A model generated the notes under the pieces. That model had not been told where the DNA came from. It made no database searches and was given only the letters and a program-made list of their open reading frames with translations. Of a stretch of DNA of 46,219 bases, positions 1-9,402 are shown piece by piece (position 1 is the first letter of the stretch; each line of letters begins with the position of its first letter). The stretch is from Verrucomicrobiota bacterium (GTDB lineage: Bacteria; Verrucomicrobiota; Verrucomicrobiia; Limisphaerales; Palsa-1400), in contig JBEKYR010000043.1 in NCBI GenBank assembly GCA_049510745.1, positions 1 through 46,219 of the forward strand, in the 5' to 3' direction. The position numbers were made by a program, and so were the translations under genes.

Positions 1-85
1 AGCTGTCAAGCTTTCGCGCGAATCCTGGCTGGATAAGCGCGGCAGATTGGTCTGTCCCTGATAACTGACGACCCCTTCGAGGCGG

Positions 86-1048
86 TCAGAGCTTCAAACC
101 GGCAGGCTGCTTTTCGGCGGCGTTGATTTGTTTCAGGTAATCCTCGTAGGCCACGCGGATGCCGGACTCCAGATCGACTTTCGGTTTCCAGCCGAGGGCG
201 AAGATGCGGGAGCTGTCCAGCAATTTGCGCGGGGTGCCGTCGGGTTTGGATGTGTCCCAAAGGATTTGACCATGGAAGTCGATGATGCGCCGCACCAGTT
301 CGGCCAGCGCCTGGATGTCCAGATCGGAGCCGAAGCCGACGTTGATGATTTGTTCGTCGCTGTAGTGCTCCATCAGGAAAACGCAGGCGGCAGCCAAGTC
401 GTCGGCGAAAAGGAATTCGCGCCGGGGCGCGCCCGTGCCCCAGCAGGTGACGGCGGGGGCGCCGGTGGTCTTGGCTTCGTGAAATTTGCGGATGAGGGCG
501 GGCAGAACGTGGGACTGGCGCAGGTCGTAGTGGTCGTTCAGCCCGTAAAGGTTGGTGGGCATGACGCTGATGAAGTCGCAGCCGTATTGGCGGCGAAAGG
601 CCTGGCAGAGCTTGATGCCGGCGATTTTGGCGACGGCATACCATTGGTTGGTCGGTTCGAGCGGGCCGGTCAGCAGGTATTCCTCCTTGAGGGGCTGCGG
701 CGCCATTTTGGGGTAGATGCAGGAACTGCCCAGGAAGAGCAGTTTTTTGACGCCGGCCAGGTGGGCGTTGTGGAGGAGATTGTTTTGAATCTGGAGATTC
801 TCGTAAAGGAACTGCGCCGGGGAGGTGTCGTTGGCCAGGATGCCGCCGACGCGCGCCGCCGCCACAAAAACATACTCCGGCTTCTCGCGCTCGAAAAAGG
901 TCTGGACGGCCCCGCCGTCGAGCAGGTCCAGCTCGGCATGGGTCCGGCCCAGCAGGCGGGAGAACCCGCGCCGCTGCAACTCGCGCCAAAGGGCGCTGCC
1001 GGCCATGCCGCGATGGCCGGCGACGTAGATTGGGGCGTTGGACTGCAT
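86..1048 (-). CDS. fcl: GDP-L-fucose synthase (NAD-dependent epimerase/reductase)
   Basis: IYVAGHRGMAGSA Rossmann motif, FLGSSCIYPK, YAVAKIAG, MPTNLYG and SHVLPAL motifs; start placed at ATG 1048 (MQSNAPIY). Confidence 0.95.
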   Translation of the reverse strand: MQSNAPIYVAGHRGMAGSALWRELQRRGFSRLLGRTHAELDLLDGGAVQTFFEREKPEYVFVAAARVGGILANDTSPAQFLYENLQIQNNLLHNAHLAGVKKLLFLGSSCIYPKMAPQPLKEEYLLTGPLEPTNQWYAVAKIAGIKLCQAFRRQYGCDFISVMPTNLYGLNDHYDLRQSHVLPALIRKFHEAKTTGAPAVTCWGTGAPRREFLFADDLAAACVFLMEHYSDEQIINVGFGSDLDIQALAELVRRIIDFHGQILWDTSKPDGTPRKLLDSSRIFALGWKPKVDLESGIRVAYEDYLKQINAAEKQPAGLKL

Positions 1049-1120
1049 GACGGCGGCATTTTGAAAGAGGCCGCGCAAAAAACCTAGCCAAAAAATTGGC
1101 GCGCTTTATGATCGGAGCCT

Positions 1121-1870
1121 GTGAGCACCGTATTGGAGATGACAGATTTGCGGGTGGAATATCCGAGCCGCGATCTGGGGCGGGGCGCCAAGCTGGCGGT
1201 CCACGGCCTGACGTTGCGTGTGAGCGCCGGCGAGGTCTTCGGGTTTCTCGGACCCAACGGGGCGGGCAAGACCACGACGATGAATGTGCTGCTGGGGTTC
1301 GTCAATGCCACCAGCGGTTCGGCTTCGATCTTTGGGGTGGACGTGCGCCAGCCCATCGCGCGGCAGAGGATCGGGTATCTGCCGGAGATGACCTATTACT
1401 ATAAATTCCTGAGCACGGAGGAATTGCTGCGGTTTTACGCCCGGATATTCCGCATCCCGCGCCGGGAACGGGAAGAACGGATCGCGGCAGTGCTGAAGCT
1501 GGTGGAGTTGGAGGGCGCCCGCAAACGGCTGATCAAGACCTATTCCAAAGGCATGCAGCAACGGGTCGGCCTGGCCCAGGCGCTGATCAACGATCCCGAC
1601 TTGCTGATATTGGACGAGCCGACCAGCGGGTTGGACCCTTTGGGGCGGATGAAGGTGCGCGAGATCATCCAGCGCCTCAAGGAGCAGGGGAAAACCGTGT
1701 TCTTCTCCTCGCACGAATTGGGCGAGGTTGAAACGGTCTGCGATCGGGTGGCCATTTTGCACGAAGGCCGGTTGCTGGTGGAAGGGCGGGTCAGCGACCT
1801 GGTCAAGCAGTATCAATGCAACCTGGAACATGTTTTTCTGAAGATCGTCGGCTACGAAGTCAAATCGTGA
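1121..1870 (+). CDS. ABC-2 type exporter ATP-binding protein
   Basis: Walker A GPNGAGKTT, signature YSKGMQQ, Walker B LLILDEPTSG, H-loop SSH. Confidence 0.93.
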   Translation: MSTVLEMTDLRVEYPSRDLGRGAKLAVHGLTLRVSAGEVFGFLGPNGAGKTTTMNVLLGFVNATSGSASIFGVDVRQPIARQRIGYLPEMTYYYKFLSTEELLRFYARIFRIPRREREERIAAVLKLVELEGARKRLIKTYSKGMQQRVGLAQALINDPDLLILDEPTSGLDPLGRMKVREIIQRLKEQGKTVFFSSHELGEVETVCDRVAILHEGRLLVEGRVSDLVKQYQCNLEHVFLKIVGYEVKS

Positions 1871-1871
1871 T

Positions 1872-2651
1872 ATGAACAATGTGTTTGCCCTGGCGGGGGT
1901 CGTGATCAAGGAGTTGTATCGGCGGAAGGATTTCTACGTGCTCTTCGTGCTGACGGCGCTGATCACGCTGCTGCTCGGCTCGGTCAAGTTCTTCAATGAC
2001 GACCGCATCGTGCGCTATCTCAAGGATGTGTGTCTGCTGTTGATTTGGATTTCGTCGCTGGTCATCGCCATCACCACGACGGCGCGGCAAATTCCGGCGG
2101 AACGCGAAAGCCGGACGATCTTTCCGCTGCTGGCCAAGCCGGTGCGGCGGGGGGAATTGATCGTGGGAAAGTTTCTGGGCTGCTGGCTGGCGTGCGGGCT
2201 GGCGCTGATCGTTTTTTATTTTTTCTTCGGCATTATCACGGCGTCGCGCGAGCATGCCTGGCCGTGGGTCAGTTATTTTCAGGCGATCTGGCTGCACTGG
2301 ATTTGCCTGGGCGTCGTCGTCGCCCTGGCGTTGCTTGGGTCGATCGTCTTTGCCGCCCCTTCCTCCAACGCCACGATCTGTTTCATTGCTGTGGCCGGCA
2401 TCCTTTTTGCCGGGGGCCATCTCAACGGCGCGGCCATCCAGATGCAGGGGATACGAGGGGCGATTGTCTATGCGATCTATTATCTGATCCCGCACCTGGA
2501 ATGGTACGACGTGCGGGACCTGGTGGTGCATGATTGGGGCCGGATCGATTGGCTGGCCTGGGGCGGGGCCACCATTTACGGCCTGCTCTATGCGGGATTC
2601 CTGCTGGCGGTTGCCTGGCTGGCGTTCCGGCGCCGGTCCTTGACGTTATGA
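1872..2651 (+). CDS. ABC-2 type exporter permease
   Basis: About 6 hydrophobic segments; ERESRTIFPLLAKPVRRGELIVGKFLG permease motif; 1 nt after the ATPase gene. Confidence 0.88.
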   Translation: MNNVFALAGVVIKELYRRKDFYVLFVLTALITLLLGSVKFFNDDRIVRYLKDVCLLLIWISSLVIAITTTARQIPAERESRTIFPLLAKPVRRGELIVGKFLGCWLACGLALIVFYFFFGIITASREHAWPWVSYFQAIWLHWICLGVVVALALLGSIVFAAPSSNATICFIAVAGILFAGGHLNGAAIQMQGIRGAIVYAIYYLIPHLEWYDVRDLVVHDWGRIDWLAWGGATIYGLLYAGFLLAVAWLAFRRRSLTL

Positions 2652-3487
2652 TCCGCTGGGGAGCGATCTTGCTGCTGGTCTGCTGCTTCACGCTGGCGAC
2701 GGTGCTGGAGCCGGAATTTATCCGGCTGCGCGCCAAGGGCGATGCTTCGGACAGCGTGCTGGTGGCGCTGATGGGCGACAGCCGGCGGATGTTTGCCAAT
2801 CATTTTTTTGCCGAGGCCGACGCCTATTTTCACAGCGGTTTCTATCCCACGATTTTCGACACGCCGGCCCCGGAGGAGCCCGGCTATATGACGGAGTCGC
2901 GCGAGGAGCACGAAAAGGAAGGGGAGCATCACGAGGAGACATTTCTGGGAAGGCCCACGGATTGGATCGACCGTTTTGGGCGCCATTTTTATCCGACCGT
3001 CCATACGCACTTGAGCAATGGCCAGGAGCGCGAAATCCTGCCCTGGCTCAAACTCTCGGCCGAGATGGACCCGCGACGGATCGAAACGTATGTGACGGCC
3101 GCCTATTGGCTGCGCACCACCGTGAACAAGCCCAATGAGGCCGAACAGTTTCTGCGCGAAGGATTGCGCGCCAACCCGGACAGCTACGAGATTCTTCTGG
3201 AACTGGGCCGGGTCTATTTTTACAACAAGAAGGACACACGCGTGGCCCGGAACCTGTATGGCATGGCCCTGCAAAAGTGGCGTCACGAGGACGCCGCCGG
3301 CAACAAGCCGGACGCGCACGTTTATGAGGAAATCCTGGGCGAATTGGTCCGGGCCGACCGGGAGGCAGGCGACCTGAAACTAGAATTGGGGGATTTGGAG
3401 GAATTGATCAAAGTCTCGCACAGCAAAGACACGCTCCAGCGCTCCATCGACGAAGTGAAAGCGAAAATGGGGCAGTCAGCCCCGTAG
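2648..3487 (+). CDS. Membrane-anchored TPR-like protein associated with the ABC exporter
   Basis: ATGA overlap with the permease stop; N-terminal hydrophobic helix; TPR-like segment AEQFLREGLRANPDSYEILLELGRVYF. Confidence 0.7.
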   Translation: MIRWGAILLLVCCFTLATVLEPEFIRLRAKGDASDSVLVALMGDSRRMFANHFFAEADAYFHSGFYPTIFDTPAPEEPGYMTESREEHEKEGEHHEETFLGRPTDWIDRFGRHFYPTVHTHLSNGQEREILPWLKLSAEMDPRRIETYVTAAYWLRTTVNKPNEAEQFLREGLRANPDSYEILLELGRVYFYNKKDTRVARNLYGMALQKWRHEDAAGNKPDAHVYEEILGELVRADREAGDLKLELGDLEELIKVSHSKDTLQRSIDEVKAKMGQSAP

Positions 3488-3542
3488 CCTTAAGGCCCGA
3501 TTGCCTGCAAAACGGCAACGACGATGATCGTGATTTTCTCCT

Positions 3543-4271
3543 TCATTGCTGTTTGGACGCAAAGCGGCGGTGCAGCGCAAACAGGAGACCCCCAAGTCCC
3601 GTCAAGGCGAGCGGACTCGGCTCAGGCACTGCGGTAAATGTAATGTCGTCGAGACCGAGCCAGCTTGCGCCTCTTCCGCTGAAATCCGCGGTGAATTCCA
3701 GTTGTCCGCTTTGGCCGGCATACGCGGAAATGTCCGCGCCATACAGGAGATAGTTCGCGCCGCTGCCAATCACAACCGGGGAGAGCGAATTGCCGTTGAA
3801 TGAAACTGAAAAGTCTGTGAGCCCTGTTTGCCACGCCCTGAATTCCAAAGATTGGGAACCCACCGGAACAAAGCCAGATTGAGCGATTGAGGCGCCGACG
3901 GTCATGGTTTCATCCTGATTGTCGCCTGACTGGAGCAGGACACTGTAGTTTCCATCAATAACTCCGGGATTGAAAGGCCCTTCGCCGGACGGCCCTGCGG
4001 CGGGGTAGTTTGGGCCGAAAAGGTCGATAGCCGCTTGACCTTCGGTATAAACATTTTGCAGAACTTGTGTCTGCTGAACGGTGCCGAGATAGGCGGTCCA
4101 GCCAGGCAACGCAAGCCCTACGGGCTGATAATACGTACCAAGTGGACCCAAGATAGGTGTCGAGGGCGTCGCCGACTCAAAATCGAGATTTTGAAACGTG
4201 CCTTGCCCTTGAACTGAGAGAGCAGCGAACACCGATGCGACTGAGAATGTGATTAGTTTTTTCGTGTTCAT
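3543..4271 (-). CDS. PEP-CTERM sorting domain-containing surface protein
   Basis: Signal peptide MNTKKLITFSVASVFAALSVQG (ATG 4271); C-terminus VPEPS + hydrophobic helix + HRR. Confidence 0.9.
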   Translation of the reverse strand: MNTKKLITFSVASVFAALSVQGQGTFQNLDFESATPSTPILGPLGTYYQPVGLALPGWTAYLGTVQQTQVLQNVYTEGQAAIDLFGPNYPAAGPSGEGPFNPGVIDGNYSVLLQSGDNQDETMTVGASIAQSGFVPVGSQSLEFRAWQTGLTDFSVSFNGNSLSPVVIGSGANYLLYGADISAYAGQSGQLEFTADFSGRGASWLGLDDITFTAVPEPSPLALTGLGGLLFALHRRFASKQQ

Positions 4272-4282
4272 ATTTGTGCGGT

Positions 4283-7200
4283 TTATTTCCTGACGAACGG
4301 ATCTCCGATAGCTTGGAATTGAATGCATGGGCCGTGCAGACCGACAAGCGCAGACCACGCAGTGATGGCGAAAGACCTGCCGGCTGCCCAATTTCCGTAA
4401 TAGTTATAAGTATTCTCCCAGGCAGGGCCTGGTTCGTTGACGTGTGTTACCGTTCCAATTGGTGTGTTAGAGTAATTCGTTCCACCGAAGGCATTGGTGG
4501 CAAACCACGTGAGAAAGCCCGACTGGAAACCACCACCATTTCGCTGGCCGTTGAACGAGTCCACAGAGGCCATAATGTACCAATTGCTGCCGAAAAACTC
4601 CACTTCGGTGTTGGTAGCCATGCCAGCGCTGTGTCCACCGTCCACACCAAACGAATAGTAGCCTGCACAGTTTGTTCCAGCGATAATATAGATCGGCCAT
4701 ATACTACCAAAGACCAAAGCAGATGAAGTAACATTGGTCACGCCCTCTTCCGCATATCTTCCTTGGCTCTCAGCTACTCCTCCATTGTCGAAATACCAAT
4801 TGGTGTTCCCGTACCCCCGATTCGACGCGCTGATTAAAAGCGTTCCCGGCGAATAGTTGCTGGCCATGGTCGCGAGCTTGTCAATGTAGGCGGTGCAGTC
4901 GTTGGTCCCGCCGGTGCCGTTCATGTTGATGCTTGTAACGAACGGTGCCCAAGACGGGGGATAGTCGATGGTTTGAAAAATGGTATTTACACTGTTGTTC
5001 ATGTCGTATTGTACGCTGAAATTGTACAGTCCGCTTTGAAGGCGCGACGGCAAATCTTGAAACAGGATAACGTATTGCGGCCGTTTGGTCGGATTGGCCG
5101 AAAGCCAGTTCACGATCGGCGCTGAAAACGTGTTGGTGTAATCGCTCAATTGAATGATCTCGTTCGTGGCGCAACTGATCCCAAGAACGTTGGCATTGGC
5201 TATCATTGGGCGGTGGGCCAGGTAATACGCGCACACGTTTGAGCTGAAGGACGTGTTGGTTGCATTGTAAATCAGCAACAGATCCTTTGAGACATCAATT
5301 GGATACTGCACAAGTGGCGAGAAGATGGCTGCCATCGTGTGGTCGCCGCCGGCGGCGATGAACTTTACGACGATCGGAGGATAGGTGTTGGTCTGGTAGG
5401 TCGGTGATAAGCCGCCGGATAGCGTGATGACAATGTTCGTTTGTTCGGAAGGAAGATTTGTCTGGCCGCTGCTGTTGTCTCCCCATGCCACAACTGTGCC
5501 GTCGTTCTTCAACGCCACGCTGTGCGCGTCGCCAGCGGCCACGGCCATGACGTTGCTCAAGCCAGCAGGCACGTTGGTTTGACCGAAATCGTTGAGGCCC
5601 CAAGCCACCACGGTCCCGTCCGCCTTCAAGGCCAGGTTGTGGGATTCGCCCGCAGCGATGGCCACGACGTTGGACAATCCCGCCGGCACGTTCGTCTCGC
5701 CGTCCGGATTGTAGCCCCAAGCCACGACTGTTCCGTTTGCTTGCAATGCCAGGGTGTGCATCGGACCCGCCGCTATGGCAGTCACGTTGGAAAGGTTCGG
5801 CGGCACGTTGGTCATGGTATAGCCCAAGGAGGGGATGTCCAAGCCCCACGCCCGCACCGTGCCATTGGTCAACAACGCGACGTTGAATTGCCAGCCGCAC
5901 GCAATGGCTTTGACACCCGTGACGTTCGTCGGAACCAAAGTGCCGTAGGCTCCGTTCAGTCCCCAGGCGGTGACCGTTCCGTTCGTCAGCAGCGCGAGGG
6001 CTTGCCCAAGACCTGCCGCCACGGCCACGACATTGGAAGCCGGCGGCGCGGTCGTGACGGACGAATTGGTCACGGAGTAGAAACTGGTTCCATCGGAGTA
6101 TTCGCCCCATTGCACCACAGTCCCGCTGTCGGTGACGGAGACGGATTGGAATTCCCCGGCTGCGATGCCGGTCGCATTGGTCAGTCCCGCTGGCCGGTCG
6201 CATTCGCCGAAGTCGTCATCGCCCCATGCCTCAACCATGCCAGGCAGCGCGAGACGCACATCCCAAGCGGCGTTCGTGCTCCCCGCCGCATTGGTGATGC
6301 CCACGGTGTAGTTGCCATCGTTGGTCGGTGTCAGATAGATAATAAAATAACTGGGCGAAGCGTCACCGAGGTTCGTGCCATTGAGTTGCCAACCATAACT
6401 CAACGGATATTCCGATTGCCCAGCAGCATTCACCGCGACGCTCAGGGTTGTCCCGCGGCTGATCCAAGTCGTGCCGGACGCCGCAGGGGTCGTGGAAGCG
6501 ATCTGGGGAGACACCACCAGCGTAAAGGTTGCCGTTGAACTGGTGATCGATCCAAAATCGGAAGAAATGACGACCTGATAGCTGCCATTATTGGTGGCCT
6601 GCGTGTTGGTCAGGCTCAGTGTCGCATTGGTCGCGCCCGTGATGTTCACGCCATTAAACTGCCACTGATATTGCACTCCGGCAAGGGCTTGGCCTTGAGC
6701 CGAAAATGTCACGCTCCCGCCCGCCGGCGCATACTGGTTGACCGGCTGCGTAAAGATGATCGGGGTAAGTATGCCAGATTCAATGGCCAGATAATGCCCG
6801 TTACCAGCCGAAATCGCCTTCACTCCTACCATCCCCGTGGGGAGGTTGGTGTACGAGCCGTTCCCCCAGGTGACGACCGTTCCATTTGCCTGGAGCGCCG
6901 CCGCCACTTGCCAGCCGTTCGCGATGGCCACTACGTTTGATAAACCAGCAGGGACGTCGGTCAGATTATCACCGGACTCCGCATCGCCCCAACCTTCCAC
7001 GGTCCCGTTTAAGCGCAAGCCCAAGCTGTTCAAACCTCCCGCTGAAATAGCGGCGGCGTTGGTGGTCAAGTCGCTTGGAACATTCGTCTGGTTATAGATG
7101 CCGGGGTCGTTATATCCCCAAGCCGTGATGGTGCCGTTGCTGGATAAGGCAACATCGAAGCTCCACCCGCAAGCGATGGCTGCCACGTTGGTCAGGTTTA

Positions 7201-8809
7201 GGTTCGTCGGAACCTCCGTCCCGTAAGCTCCAATCGCACCCCAGGCAACGCATGTGCCGTTGGACAGTATGCCCAAATCCTGGTAGTCGCCCGCAGCCAC
7301 AGCCACGACGTTGGAAGTCGGCGGCGCACTGGCGTACGTTCGGTTGGTCACGGGGTAGTAAGGATCGTCTCCATCGGAGTACCATCCCCAATTCGTGACC
7401 GATCCATTGGCCAAAAGCGCAACGCCATGATATTCACCGGCAGCAATGGCGACAACATTCGTCAACCTGGACGGCAGGTTGGTTTCGCCGTAAGCATTGT
7501 CTCCCCATGCAACGACAGTCCCGTTGTTCCGCAACGCCAAGCTGAAATAGCCGCCAGCAGCCACGGCAATGGCATTACTCAGGCCGTTTGGCACGTCGAG
7601 TTGACCATAGGTATTGTCGCCAAACGCCACCGTAAATGTTTCGGCGGGCAGTTCCAGCGTATAGAAAGCCTGATCGGCGGGCTGGTTCGTATAGGTGTAG
7701 GAATTACACGTAAGCCCTTGGCCGATCCAAAGCCATTGGTTTGAAGCCAAGCTGTTGTTCAGGCTGGACGTGGCGAATATGTCGTAAAAAACGCCATTCG
7801 TGCCCCCATAAATCTCGAAATTGACTTTGGTGGTTCCGTTGGTTTGAAGCGCGGCGATAACGTTGCTTATGTAGAACGGCCCGCCTGGGGAGCAGGGCGC
7901 AGCGTTATCCGGGTCATAGACGTTTCCGGCGCTGCGGATGCTTTCCTGTTGAGGCCCCTCGCGCCGCCCGCCCCGGCCGGATTGCTCCTCAGGGGAAATT
8001 GGCCCCAAAGCTGCCTCGGAGGCGGTCATGCCGTAGTAATTGGCCACGTCCGAATCTGTCAGAAAGCGGTCGAAAGAATAAAACTCCTCGTAATCAGCCC
8101 CGGCGGTGTTCGTGCCGGCAAGGGTGCTGCCCAAAACCAGTTGGCCCACCGACGGCGGAACCGAGGCCAGCCCCGCCCCTTGCGCGACCAGTGCGCCATC
8201 GAGAAACAACGCGGTGCTTTGCGAGTTGAAGTCCAGAACCAGGCTGTGCGACGTGCCAGCCAGCCAGGAAATTGAGGTTTGCAGAACCTCTTGCACGCCC
8301 GCGCCGGTTTGCGTGAACAGGCTCATCGTGTTGCCGTCCGCGCTGATTTGGAGTGACCACGCGTAGGCCGACTCAACCCCGCTGACGGCGTCCATTTCCA
8401 GCAACGTGGCGGGCGTGCCATTGGTCGCGCCGCTGGTCCAGTATGGCCTCACCCACCAGCGCAACGCCCCGCCCGTGTCCGAGGATACGTTGGTCTGTCC
8501 GTTCGCATTGAGCGCGGGAACGATAAACGGCGTGACGGTCTCCCCGGGTCGTTGCAGCGCGTAACCGGACCAGCTTTCATCCAGAAAACCCAAGCCGGGA
8601 ATAATCACTTCAGCATTGGTCTCGCCCCGGAAGTAATCCTGATCGAAGGACTCATGGCAGAGGGGCCGCGATTCCGGGTACGGCGGCAACGGCGCGCGGG
8701 GCAAGGCGCACAGGCCCTGGGTGAAGAACAAAACGCCCGCCAGAATCAGGGTTCGGGTCAAACGGACAGACAGTCCCCGCCAGGGGCCGCCGCTCAATAT
8801 CGCTTTCAT
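4283..8809 (-). CDS. Large secreted protein: LamG-like N-terminus, two RCC1-repeat blocks, Ig-like domains, C-terminal TIGR03790-like domain
   Basis: Signal peptide; many VAIAAGxxHSLAL..GTVVAWG repeats; YQWQFNG...YQVV Ig motif; C-terminal LLLIYN..YY..R, YVILFQDLPSR, VNEP and IGDP motifs. Confidence 0.8.
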   Translation of the reverse strand: MKAILSGGPWRGLSVRLTRTLILAGVLFFTQGLCALPRAPLPPYPESRPLCHESFDQDYFRGETNAEVIIPGLGFLDESWSGYALQRPGETVTPFIVPALNANGQTNVSSDTGGALRWWVRPYWTSGATNGTPATLLEMDAVSGVESAYAWSLQISADGNTMSLFTQTGAGVQEVLQTSISWLAGTSHSLVLDFNSQSTALFLDGALVAQGAGLASVPPSVGQLVLGSTLAGTNTAGADYEEFYSFDRFLTDSDVANYYGMTASEAALGPISPEEQSGRGGRREGPQQESIRSAGNVYDPDNAAPCSPGGPFYISNVIAALQTNGTTKVNFEIYGGTNGVFYDIFATSSLNNSLASNQWLWIGQGLTCNSYTYTNQPADQAFYTLELPAETFTVAFGDNTYGQLDVPNGLSNAIAVAAGGYFSLALRNNGTVVAWGDNAYGETNLPSRLTNVVAIAAGEYHGVALLANGSVTNWGWYSDGDDPYYPVTNRTYASAPPTSNVVAVAAGDYQDLGILSNGTCVAWGAIGAYGTEVPTNLNLTNVAAIACGWSFDVALSSNGTITAWGYNDPGIYNQTNVPSDLTTNAAAISAGGLNSLGLRLNGTVEGWGDAESGDNLTDVPAGLSNVVAIANGWQVAAALQANGTVVTWGNGSYTNLPTGMVGVKAISAGNGHYLAIESGILTPIIFTQPVNQYAPAGGSVTFSAQGQALAGVQYQWQFNGVNITGATNATLSLTNTQATNNGSYQVVISSDFGSITSSTATFTLVVSPQIASTTPAASGTTWISRGTTLSVAVNAAGQSEYPLSYGWQLNGTNLGDASPSYFIIYLTPTNDGNYTVGITNAAGSTNAAWDVRLALPGMVEAWGDDDFGECDRPAGLTNATGIAAGEFQSVSVTDSGTVVQWGEYSDGTSFYSVTNSSVTTAPPASNVVAVAAGLGQALALLTNGTVTAWGLNGAYGTLVPTNVTGVKAIACGWQFNVALLTNGTVRAWGLDIPSLGYTMTNVPPNLSNVTAIAAGPMHTLALQANGTVVAWGYNPDGETNVPAGLSNVVAIAAGESHNLALKADGTVVAWGLNDFGQTNVPAGLSNVMAVAAGDAHSVALKNDGTVVAWGDNSSGQTNLPSEQTNIVITLSGGLSPTYQTNTYPPIVVKFIAAGGDHTMAAIFSPLVQYPIDVSKDLLLIYNATNTSFSSNVCAYYLAHRPMIANANVLGISCATNEIIQLSDYTNTFSAPIVNWLSANPTKRPQYVILFQDLPSRLQSGLYNFSVQYDMNNSVNTIFQTIDYPPSWAPFVTSINMNGTGGTNDCTAYIDKLATMASNYSPGTLLISASNRGYGNTNWYFDNGGVAESQGRYAEEGVTNVTSSALVFGSIWPIYIIAGTNCAGYYSFGVDGGHSAGMATNTEVEFFGSNWYIMASVDSFNGQRNGGGFQSGFLTWFATNAFGGTNYSNTPIGTVTHVNEPGPAWENTYNYYGNWAAGRSFAITAWSALVGLHGPCIQFQAIGDPFVRK

Positions 8810-8947
8810 GGTTGTTTGGGTGCTCCGCGTTCATGCGCAGAGAGTCGTTTCGTCCAGATGCTGACTCCTCACCCGGTAAACTGCAAGCGTAAAATACCCA
8901 GTTTACTGGGTGGATGACTGCGGCGGTTCCTGTTTTGGTTAAAAACT

Positions 8948-9169
8948 GTGTCATCCCGGCCACACTACCGCCGCCTCGTTGGCGAGAGAATACGCGCCCG
9001 CCGCCTGCAAGAGGGTTTGACTCAGGAAAAACTGGCGGAAAAGGCCGATCTTCATCACAATTTCATTGGCGAAGTTGAGCGGGGCAACATGGATATTTCG
9101 CTGGGATCGCTGATCAAGATTGCCAAGGCGTTAAACGGGAAGGTGGGCGATTTGGTGGGTGACCTTTGA
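8948..9169 (+). CDS. XRE-family helix-turn-helix transcriptional regulator
   Basis: GERIRARRLQEGLTQEKLAEKADLHHNFIGEVERG...LIKIAKAL is a typical HTH_3 sequence. Confidence 0.88.
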   Translation: MSSRPHYRRLVGERIRARRLQEGLTQEKLAEKADLHHNFIGEVERGNMDISLGSLIKIAKALNGKVGDLVGDL

Positions 9170-9182
9170 TTATTACGGTAGG

Positions 9183-9278
9183 TCAGAGAAAAGATGAGAT
9201 TTCCGAGACGGCTTGCATCGAATCCACGCGCCGCTTAGAATCTGATCCGCCGTGAGGCGGGATGAAATGCTGTGGCAT
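9183..9278 (-). pseudogene. Remnant N-terminus of a four-helix-bundle (suffix) family protein
   Basis: AAGGTG RBS followed by MPQHFIPPHGG, recalling the FIPPHGGY start of that family; resemblance stops after 11 codons (about 9246). Confidence 0.4.
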
Positions 9279-9290
9279 GCTGTTCACCTT

Positions 9291-9389
9291 GGAAAAGGGA
9301 TGGAAGGGACGGAAACGACCGAAAGACAGCCAACAAGCAACCGTTGGAATCTCATTTGTGTCTCTTTTGTCCCTTTGGTTTCTTGTTTC
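9291..9389. repeat. Imperfect inverted repeat built from about 9-nt periodic units (aagggac / gtccctt)
   Basis: Left arm aaagggatg-gaagggacg-gaaacgacc; right arm gtctctttt-gtccctttg-gtttcttgt; central ccaac..gttgg. Confidence 0.45.
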
Positions 9390-9402
9390 ATGCCCATAGC
9401 CC

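Noticed and set aside
6..1091. Long overlapping or antisense ORFs here and throughout (for example 14865-17042, 11870-13147, 40980-42353, 45167-46168)
   Set aside because: Shadow ORFs typical of high-GC DNA; they overlap genes with clear family motifs and have none themselves.
8948..9169. Restriction-modification controller or toxin-antitoxin antitoxin
   Set aside because: No methylase, nuclease or toxin gene adjacent.
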